Assembly (NCBI GenBank): GCA_043228905.1
Contig: JBHGNT010000011.1
Coordinates: forward strand, 4,340,001 to 4,404,000
DNA: 64,000 bases
Direction of reading: 5' to 3'
Source: Azolla caroliniana
Taxonomy: Eukaryota; Plantae; Polypodiophyta
The notes under the pieces: generated by a model
Told to the model about the DNA's origin: nothing
The model's database searches: none
The model's input: the letters and a program-made list of their open reading frames with translations, nothing else
Part shown: one piece after another, positions 54,095 to 64,000 of the stretch
Numbering within the stretch: the stretch's first letter is position 1
Layout of the letters: the number at the start of each line of letters is the position of its first letter
Made by a program: the position numbers and the translations under genes

Positions 54095-56701
54095 GGGGAC
54101 CCTTGTGGCCCACTAAGCTTTGTCGTAATCAAACTTTCTTTGAACATGTATTCAAGTCGATGTCCATCTTGTATCTCTTGTTCGGTGGATTTCAGTCCAC
54201 TAGAAATGATTCGGGCGGAGTCAGCTCGGGTTCATACCATGATGCCGATTCGTCTAAGACTACATCTCGACTCACACGAACCTTCTGAGTCGAGGGGTTA
54301 TAACACTTGTACCCCTTTTGCTCCAGTGAGTCTCCTACGAGGACACATTTCTTCGACTCCATGTCAAGCTTTTGTCGCTTCTCATCAGGGATGTGCACGT
54401 ATGCAATGGAGCCAAATATCCGAACATGTGATAGATCTGGCTTGATCTGGCTTCTTTCCAAAAAACTTCTCGTGCAGGGTAACCTCATGCATGCCGGATG
54501 TTGTACACCAATTCATTAGGTAGACAGTTGTGTTGGCAGCTTCTGCCGATCCCCATACATCATAATGAATTACGTTGAGTACGCATTTGTTCACGTTCCT
54601 CTCCTTCGGAAATGGGTGCCGATGTTGCTTGGCAAATTGGCAGGCTGCACAATCTCTTTCTCTTTGAAGGTCGGGAGTCCGATGATGACTCCTTTCGATT
54701 GCATTGCCTTGAGCTTTTGGAGGTTGATATGGTCAATCCGCTTGTTCCACAACTCTATGTTAGTGTTGGCTTTGGTGCCTTTTGCAAGCATGAACGATTT
54801 CATCTCGTGTGAGTCAAGAATGAACATTTGGCCCTCTCTTTGTCAGCGAGCGATGAGTCGACCCTCTTTCTCGATGAAGCACCCGGCTTGATTAAATCGA
54901 ACTTGCATCCCTTGCTCAACAATTTGGTTGACGGAGACCAAATTCTCCGTAATGGTAGTTACATGCAACACATTCTTAATGTAAGTTTGGTTACCTTCTT
55001 TTCTGAATGGAAAATTGCCGATGTGCCGAATCGGATGAGTAGTGTCGTCTCCGGTTTTGACATAGCCGAGTCGGTACACCTCTCAAAGTTCTCAGAACCA
55101 TTCTTGATGAGACATCATATGGTTTGAAGCACCGGGGTCGACAAACCATACATCTTCCGGACTGGAGGCACTAGTTGAAGTAGAAGCTGATATAGAATTT
55201 GCTCTATGTCTCATCACGAATTTGATCGTCATAGTCGGAGTTGGTGGCGTAATTGGTGAGTTGTCGGTTAGTGGAAGCCGACTCGCGCATCTTCTTTCGC
55301 CACTCTTCTTTAGGCCAATTTTGCTGCAATATCCACATTCAATCGAGGTTTGTCGGCTCGGGCCGGAATGGTTGCCGAAATTGGGAGTTGTTTTCGTGAG
55401 TTGGATCTCGTCCGCCTCGTCCTTGGCCGAATCAGCCTCTTGCTCGGCTGCGTCCTCTTCCTCCATTCGAATGTGTGTAGAGCTTGTGGCCTTCCGAGGC
55501 GTTGCTCCTTGTTCGAACATGGTTTTCTTCAACCAAAAATATGGATTGAAGATCTAAGAAAGAGGGATGATTCTCCCATGCTAGTACGACAGTCCTCATC
55601 GCATCGAACTATGGTGCAGGGCCGCCGAGGCATATTTGCACCATCTCATCATCATCCACATTGACGCTTATTGAGCTGAGTGAGTCACAAAGCTCCTTGA
55701 TCTTCAAGGTGTAACTTGTGATGAACATATCTCTTTGTTGGATGTTGTTCAACTCCTGGCGGAGTTAAAGCTTTCGTGTCGTTGTGTTCGTGGCGAATAT
55801 CTTCTTAAGATTCTCCCATGCTTCCTTCGGCGTCTCAGCTTCTCGAATGTAGCCGAGCATGTGGTCATGAACACATGTCGCTAAGCAATACATCTCTTGG
55901 CCTGTTGCTTGCTCCCATGTTGAGTAGTCGGCATCTTTCGGGTCGGGTCGATTTTCTTGTGCTCCTTTGATGTAGCTCCAATATCCTTGACCGACAAGGT
56001 ATTGGTGTATCTTGTACTCCCAAGATGCAAAGTTGTTTCGATCCAACTTCTCAATAGGGAGAACACTCCCCATTTGAGTATTAATTGTCAATGAAGCTTT
56101 CTTTCTTCTTTTCCTTCTCTCTCGAACACGAGCTATGTAGTCGCACTACGATAGCGATGAGTAGGTTCTTCTTGAACGTCGGCGTATAACACAACACACT
56201 CGGATGGGTTAGGTCGAGCTACCAAACCGCTTTGATACCATGTAAAGAATCAGATATGATTCTTGTGCAACGGAAGAGATGTGTGTTATGTGTATGTGTG
56301 AGAGGAAAGAGAGAAGAGAAGAGAAAACACAAGATAGATTAGATAGAAGGGAAAATAGAATACTCAAGAAGAAAATGTATATTCACAAGGAGAATATGAG
56401 ATACAAAATGTATCATTACAAGGAGTCACAACCGACACTCTATGAAGTAGGAGAAGGGTGCTTTATATAAGGTCACCCTCTCTCTTCATTAACTCACTAC
56501 AACAACTACTCTCTCATGGGGAATGTGAAGACTCATAGTCATGGGGAATATGGAACTCATTAGTTATGTGTCATAGAATATGATTTTATGACACATAGTT
56601 AATGTGTAGAGAGTAGTGGTGTGACTCTTGACCTTTGAGTGATCATAGATTCTCAAAGGGTGTGTTCACACGTTGCACTAGGTTGAGCTTGATTCTCAAC
56701 A
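54095..56701 (-). mobile_element. Ty1/copia 5' part: LTR 56241-56701, PBS, gag, protease, partial integrase
   Basis: TG..CA LTR; PBS gctttgatacca at 56229-56240. gag LPIEKLDRNNFASWEYKIHQYLVGQGYW, protease WFVDPGASNHM, KGYKCYNP..VSRDV. Related to the 21.8-kb family. Confidence 0.92.
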
Positions 56702-58547
56702 ACTATTGTACTCGGCATACAAAGTAAGAACTGGCAACCGCCTTCAGGTTCCCATTTTTTCGAAGATGAATATTGCTTGGCATACAAAAGCGTAGAACCA
56801 CTTGTATCATTTTTCTTTATCAAAAAAATGTGATTGAAGCTTATATTGTTTAACTAGGCAAGCACTTAAACATTCCCATCCCCCCCATCTGATATATACC
56901 TCTTGAAGTCATATATCTCCTTCAAGTGTAACACTTTTGGTCGTGGTGTGTATGCATCACAAATGAAATCAAATAGTTTCGGTAATGTGAAAGCATCATG
57001 TTGAGACAACTATCTGGAGAATGTGCTAAACATCTTATCTATACGGTCATGTGTGTGGCCAACCAAAAGAAAATTGACTTTCACTTTTCCAAATAATCCT
57101 TAGTTGACCAATATACTTAAATAACCAAACACGGTTGAATTTTTGTTCTCTCTAGCAGTATTGTCCAATTGAATGTAGAGAATAGGGGGGATGGTTGGTC
57201 CCAAGACATCAATACCCGGTGAATCATTGTAATTGTTAGGTTAGGGTGATTGCGAACATTGGGGTATGTAATGAAGACGTGAGTTCTAACTGGCCTATTA
57301 TAAGCCAAGCATCCCACCAAGTGCATTTGAGCAAGGCACTCATGATTGATGTCTTTGGGAAGCCTCCGCATATGAGGTAAACACGTCTTCTTTTGGTCCA
57401 TGTCATCGATCATTAAGCACATGTATTGTTCGAGATTCTTCAAACACTTCTCTCTATGACGTAGCGCCTTCTTTCATTCTAACGATTGTGCTTTGCGATG
57501 CTCCTGTAGTAATTTCTTACTCATATCCTTTTCCGTTGTTGTCTTCACACCTTTAGCCATACTTTAAAGGTTTGCACAAATCGAACAATACTCCATGCGT
57601 ACTTTCCGCAGAATAATAACATTTGAAAATCATGTTCTCCACAATCTTGTGAACTGGCAGTATGGGACGTATTTATCACTTGATAATAGCATTTTTTATC
57701 GATAGACATCATAAACTTCCCAACGTGTGTAATTATCAGACAGGTGCATCCTGCCTATAGTAGGCATTACTTCACAATTTAACTTGAAGTAAATTTTCAT
57801 CCAACCAATAGTATGTCTTCCAGTTGCACCTTTTATACTTGGAACATCTTTACAATTGACAATGTCATCCCCACTAATAAGACGTTGTTGTACTCTATGT
57901 AGCTGCATGTTACTAACACAAAGCAATTTTGAATGTCACTCTACATATTTGCTATGGATGAAAGATGTAATACTCGAATGATCTTTGATCCCCGAAGAGT
58001 TGTCAGACACCAATTGCATATGTGAGCTGAGGTAAGTGTCTTGCTCATCACAAGTCATCAAAAAATAGTAATGCCTTAATTCAGGCAACTTTGCATTTCC
58101 AATCATAGACATACAGCCACAAGCACAACATGTTTTGTTGACATCAAATGCAAGTTGCTTATCTGATGTCACCAAGGTAAATCTTGCCTGTCCTATTCTA
58201 TGTGGGATTCTCCTTATTTACATAGGGCTTGCCAATTGCTTTTCTTGACTAGAAATAGGTGTAACCACATTAGAGACAATTATGTTGTTGTTAGCTTGAC
58301 CCCCCATGATCTTCAATGTTTCATTAGCATTACCTTCATTGTCTCTATCTTTATTGTAGTCATATTCTTCGACAGAGAACTCTTCACATGAGTCGTTATT
58401 CATAGGAGGTATAGGACAAGATGAGCTCAAACAATATTCTTCGACAAAAAATGATGCTTATGTCGACAAATAATACTCTTCAAGCGAAAACGATGATTTT
58501 GTCGTCAAACAATACTCTTCTACTGAAAATGGTGAGTTTTCACTCAT
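56702..58547 (-). pseudogene. Decayed Sola1/DUF7869-like DDD DNA transposase
   Basis: Joined frames give KTCCACGC, CEVMP..HL, FTRLWR..FSNVIIP..CSICANL, LMIDDMDQKKTCLPH (~57407), LYIQLDNTARENKN (~57170) and FLLVGHTHDRIDKMFS (~57050). ATG at 58547. The 3' end is cut by the copia LTR at 56701. Stops and frameshifts are present. Confidence 0.8.
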
Positions 58548-59500
58548 GGCTTAAGATCCAAACAGAGCTCTCTAAATCATGTTCTTAGGCTAATATAAGA
58601 GATTAAAACAAATGATGAGTGCCTCTATATACATAAGCTCCCTCAATTTAATGTCCAATAAAAAAAGATATTATTATTATATAAAATTTATTTTATACAT
58701 TATATTAATATATGTACACACTAGTCATTATCATATACATAAATTTTAATTTATACAATATTATTGTTTATATCCCAAAATGTGTATTATATAAAAAAAT
58801 CTATTTGTATTTATATATGTACATATAGTTTATATTCAAAATCATTAAATAGTCATAAATATGTAAGTCTAATCTCAATCATTTGTTCATTAATGATGAT
58901 CATAATCATTTAAAAATGTCATTCCCCATGTGTGAATAGAATTCCTATTCCCCATGTGGGAAAGCAGGAAGTATATTAATTTTTACCTTTATTTATTTCA
59001 CTTCAATCATAAGTTCATAATCATTTATTAGTAACATAATCAAACTATTATGTACTAATCCAATCAATAATGTCCAATTATTGTTGACTTATGATTACAT
59101 GCATTGAATACAACTAGGGTGTAATTACTATCACCATAATTGCTAATCACATATTTAATTCTAACTATAACTATAACTACCCTAGAGTACCTAACTCGGT
59201 AACTTTTAACTAACCTATAAGTAACCTAGAGTACCTATGTCAGTAAATTTGAACTAACCAAACAGTAATAACTACTATCTAACCTAGGGGAACTAACTTG
59301 GCCGGAACCAAACTACAATTAAAGTAACCATAGGTACTTTAACCACGGTTTTAATGCCCTATAAATAGGAGGACCTCCTCATTTTATGGAGGTCACATGT
59401 GTAATAGAGCACTCAGAGCACTTAGATCCAAGAAGCACACAAAGCATCACCAGCACCGGAGCACGCAAGCAACTCCCTATCACCATCAAGCACGAACATC

Positions 59501-62500
59501 ATGTCTTCGAAGAAGATTGAGTGCACGGACTCCAGGTAGGATACTAACTATACGGACATTCTGTTTCTCCTACCTTTTTACCATTACAGACAATTAACAT
59601 GGTCTTGATTCAAACACAAACTGCCCTACTTTAAATAGGAACTCGATACATCATATCGAGTTCCTGTTTACTGCCTCTACTTTAAACACAAACTTGATAC
59701 GTAGAGGCTTGTAAAGTCACAAACTCGATACGTAGAGGCTTGTAAAGTCACAAACTCGATAGGTAGAGGCTTATAAACACAAACTCAATACGAGTTCCTA
59801 TTTATAAGCCTCTACCTTAAACACAAACTCGATACGTCGTATCTAGTTTGTGTTTATAAGTGTGACTTTAACACAAACTCGATACGGTGTATTGAGTTTG
59901 TGTTTAAAAGCCCTACTTTAAACAAGAACTCGATACGCCGTATCGAGTTCCTGTTTAAGGTAGAGGCTTATAAATAGGAACTCATATCGAGTTTGTGTTT
60001 AAAAGCCTCTACCTTAAACAGGAACTCGATACGGCGTATCAAGTTCCTATTTATAGGTGTGACTTTAAACACAAACTCGATATGTCGTATCGAGTTTGTG
60101 TTTAAAGTCACACTTATAAACACAAACTAGATACGACGTATCGAGTTTGTGTTTAAAGTAGGGCTTTTAAACACAGTTCCTATTTAAAATGCATAATTAT
60201 GAACATGAAGTAGAAAATCTACAACAATATCCTCATCATGGCACCATTTTAGATGGGAAATTGAGACATTTCAATAGAATAAAATGAATTTTGAAACAAT
60301 TAGGGAATATGGCAAGTAGCCTCACAAAATACGTGAAAATAACCAATAATTTAGACTTATAACAACAAAATTAACCATGTCTTTATACATTTAAGAGACT
60401 TTACATTTGCTAGACCTAGAAAAAAACTAAAACAAAACCGATTTCATCGAAATATAGTAGGAGATAATTAATTATACAATTGACTTCTATTATTTCAACC
60501 TAAAGCATAACCTTTCAATGAAGGGAAAGAAACAATACACTAGGTAGTATTAGTAATTGTCCAATTAAGTTAAAATTGATACAAATCTAATCCTCATGAC
60601 ACAACTTAGATATATTTTCCCACTTCTTCTTTTAAATAGGTCTTTTGAGAATCTTTCGGACCATTCGGTGAAGAAAATTAAGCTAAAATATCAAAACTCA
60701 CCGATGGAGAACCCAAAACAACCAATTGCACATAATGTGAAAAAGGGAAAGAAACTACTTTTTCATGACGGCATTAGGGAACAACCGTCTGACAAAGTTA
60801 GTCAAAAGGAGATGGTTACAACAATTGGTGGGGAGGACCTACCTAACCGTGATTTGACAGACAACGAGTAGTGCATGCAATATGTCGACTTGAAAAAGAA
60901 AGTTGTCTTTAAAGAAGGGGGATGGTCAACTTAGTAAAGAGAAACCCTTTACTTATGGCCGATTATTACGGCTTAATTACCAAGACGCGGATTCCCTCAA
61001 TCTTATCGTAATGGTGGGTTGTTCGAAGGGAGTCCGAAAAATGTTTTTGTCTGAAGATCGGCTTGTTAAGGATTCATGTGGTCCCGAATCTTTCAAAGTT
61101 GCCATCGAGACTTCACAAAATCTTAAAACAACATTAAGACCATATATACAAGGCCATATAACTCTGAGGGATCCATCTCCATCTCCGGTGAAGGCCCCAC
61201 AAAAGGGCTCAAAGATGCAATCGAGACCGACAAAGAAAAATATCACAAAGATGTCAGAGTCCAAATCATCAAGTTCAACAGATGAGGAGGAAACTTGGGC
61301 CACACCAGGTGTTGAGCTAGCATCTGGTGTTTTTTCTTCTGAGCAGAACAAGATTCGAAGAGAGTTAATGCTAAAGAAACTAGTGGGAAAAGGTCAAGTC
61401 TTCAATTTTCCTATAACACGCATTCATAGGCCACCAGTAGATGTTAATACAGGACGAAGACCACTTGAGCTTAGAGAGCCACATAGAATGCATGTCTCAA
61501 GAAAAAAATGAAAATAAATCCACATGCCACAGTTGCACCATTTATCGTGATGGTGGATCCTGATGAATGTTCTACAATTGAATATTTTGATGTGAGAAAG
61601 CACGATCAATACAATTACTTTGTAATTGGTGGATCACATTCGATTGAAGCACGACGGCAACTTGTAAGAGAGCACCCAACCACTTTTTTCTTCTAGTATG
61701 CCGGAAAAAAATGACAATGACTACCCGCAAAAAATGTCATCCATCCAGCAGATAATTTTCTTCCACCATGAGTACTTGGACATCAAACAAAAGTTCAGTG
61801 TAAAGCTCCACCCCGGACTACGATGTCAATGTCTTCATGAGGTCGGCATTGTTGTTGACGATAATGTTAAGTCAGATGGTCTTCGTAAGTACGAGTCGTG
61901 GTTTCAACTAGCCTTTAGAGATGGGGAAGTCTGGGGCCTTCAAGATCAAATTTTTTAATGTGGGAGAATAAGGAGGTCAAGGGTCAACGGCAAACAAAAG
62001 GTAGAGTAGACCCCCAGTTCGAATTGAAATCACAAGCGGCGAAGAAAATCTACCTGACAATTGAAGAAGCGGCTGACGACATGAAGTTGCCTCTGTGGAG
62101 AGCAATGCAAGGTATTAAGGATGACCAGCTATTGGTGTCAATGTTGTCGAGGGTTGTGGCCAAAGAATTGAGCCTAGAAGAGATGGTCACTAAGTGCAAC
62201 AAGTCTTGACAAATAGTTAAATGAAACAGTTATGGTCTTATATAAAGTTTTAATCTCTATTGGTGATTTCACAGTCATAAGGTATATACGAAGATCCAAG
62301 AAGTTATGATGAAACAACTTGGATGTATAACTTGGGAACAAGTGACTGAGGATTATCCTCTGACGTCTTCATATAAGGTGTTATCTGAGTATTTCATTGC
62401 ATTCAAGGATTGGGTTAGTATTCGTCTTTATAATAATGATTTCTTAATATGTAAATGTTGTGTATTAATAGTCGATGCCTTATTTTCTCTATTAGAAACC

Positions 62501-63783
62501 TTCTCGTGGCAAGAAACCAAGAGAAGTCAAGGATATACACGACTTTCCAACATCCTTCCTTGCCCATCTCAAGACAGCCAAAAAAGAAAAAGATTGCCGC
62601 TTAGTCAAGGCGTATGAAATTGAAGAAGATGGCTCCTTCAAAAAAATTAGCCACAAGAAAAACATTACAAAAGATCTCTACTATAATGTGATATATGGCG
62701 ATGGCGTAGAGATGATCCAGAAAGTGCCAAAGAAAGACTACACTTTTGATTATAGATATACCTTATGGATTTCGAATGGTTGGATCATCATACGACGATG
62801 AACCTTTCAGGTTCAAACAATTAGAAAAAATGGTTAAAGATTTTGCTGAGCTAACGACTGCATCTTTGTGGAGGATAGTTGTGTTTCATAGCATGGACCA
62901 AGGGTACTCGGTAGCTCAAGCATTGAGATCTCGTTGCCACGGTATTGAGAACCTTGCTTGGTAAGGATTATTTATAAGTCTCATTCACCATACTTTCGTT
63001 CTTAATTTTATCGAATCTATTCTTAACTCACCTACTATTCATTATAGGATAAAAACCAACGTGAATAGAGGACCGACCTTTCGGTTCATAAATGCAATTG
63101 AGTACATTACGGTTGGTTACTTTGACGAAATAAAGAAACAAAGAATCAAGGCGCACTCTAATGAAGTTGAAGGTTCAAACCTGCTGGTATATCCAGCAGT
63201 CACATGCAAATTGCGACATGTCACCACGACAGAACGGGGACTTGTCAACCCATACCAAAAACCTCAACGACTTAAGATGTGCTTGATCGAAATGTTCTCG
63301 AACGAAGGAGATTGGATATTAGACTTATTTTCTAGCACAGGTATCCTTCGAACTGGGTTTAGGTTGCTAATATAATCAATATTGATTCTTATGGTTGGAT
63401 AACTAAGTCTTCTTGCCCATTTATTTACAGGTACAATGTCTGCATGCGCATTGAAGCTCTTCAGAAATACGATAGCATTGGAGAAGGACGAGGAGGAGGT
63501 TATATTTATAAATATGAGGATTAAGGCCTTGTGCGAATGCCCAGACCAGGACAAGGAGGTCGATGCAAAGCACCTCGCTGATACAAAACGGTTTTAATTG
63601 GCTTCCCGAGAGCCTATTCCTTCGTTAGTTGGGGAGCTAGGGGAGCTAATTGAGTTTGATGAAGAGCTTACAGAAGATCTTACGGTTGCTCGGCTAACAG
63701 GGGAAGACAATGCACAAGTAGCTTATGAGACTTCTCTAAGGGAAGATGACGATAATGACATTAACGATTTGATTGTTATGTAA
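59501..63783 (+). pseudogene. Decayed spliced gene: ParB-like domain + beta-class N6A/N4C DNA methyltransferase (N6_N4_Mtase-like)
   Basis: TATA ctataaata at ~59360. Putative exon 1 is 59501-59535, spliced in phase to 60640; further GT-AG introns at ~62204-62274, 62414-62495, 62961-63047 and 63341-63430. ParB-like PFIVMV..YFVIGGSHSIEARRQL (GGSH at 61628). MTase motifs: VIYGDGVEMI, DIPY (62755-62766), NPYQKP (63247), ILDLFSSTGT (63317-), IALEKD. Several stops and frameshifts. Confidence 0.85.
59611..60188. repeat. Array of ~40-bp palindromes with short invertible spacers
   Basis: Consensus TTTAAACACAAACTCGATACG-N-CGTATCGAGTTTGTGTTTAAA (variant arm AAACAGGAACTCGATAC). About 9 full or near-full hairpins plus half units, separated by gcctctac/gccctac/gtgtgac in either orientation. 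Confidence 0.93.
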
Positions 63784-64000
63784 TAGAATGCTTTTTTGAT
63801 GAAGTGTAAACTTATGAATTCCAAGTTCTAATATAAATTTTGGGTTCTTCCATTCGTGTAGTCTATTGTTTACATTGTTCTATATGTTTCAATTATATTC
63901 CTATACACTTGGTTTGTTTACTTATGACTTCGGAAAGTTAAAGCTATATGAATGTTATTCAATTATTGTGTAAGGGAACCTTACTTAACCTTAAGCGTGA

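Noticed and set aside
59611-60188. CRISPR-like appearance of the palindromic array
   Set aside because: Spacers are only ~7-10 bp, recurrent and invertible rather than unique 25-45-bp sequences. There are no cas genes and the context is eukaryotic.
56702-63783. Bacterial or phage contamination as the source of the MTase
   Set aside because: The gene has GT-AG spliceosomal introns and a TATA box, is pseudogenised, and is contiguous with plant LTR elements.

Overview
AT-rich eukaryotic plant DNA. The TE families and gene styles suggest a non-seed vascular plant, most likely a fern (inference, not proven). Two intact spliced host genes can be assembled by hand: an 11-exon 2-oxoglutarate/Fe(II) dioxygenase (5106-10790, +, 337 aa) and a 7-exon DUF455 ferritin-like protein (37776-44525, +, 389 aa). 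Most of 15.5-36.3 kb and 45-56.7 kb is a stack of decayed, nested Ty1/copia and Ty3/gypsy chromovirus LTR elements; one copia still has both LTRs, PBS, PPT and a 5-bp TSD. The most striking region is 56.7-63.8 kb. There a decayed Sola1/DUF7869-like DDD transposase gene (-) sits head-to-head with a decayed, intron-containing gene (+) that encodes a ParB-like domain fused to a prokaryote-style beta-class N6-adenine/N4-cytosine DNA methyltransferase. The putative first intron of that gene holds an array of ~40-bp TCGA-rich palindromes. Other notable structures: a self-nested 347-bp inverted duplication, a -1 frameshift signal in the chromovirus, three dead copies of an exon-2 acceptor, a higher-order minisatellite, and a RING-H2 pseudogene bracketed by TAGCTAATTAGCTA motifs. 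All family assignments come from motif recognition by eye; no database search was run.
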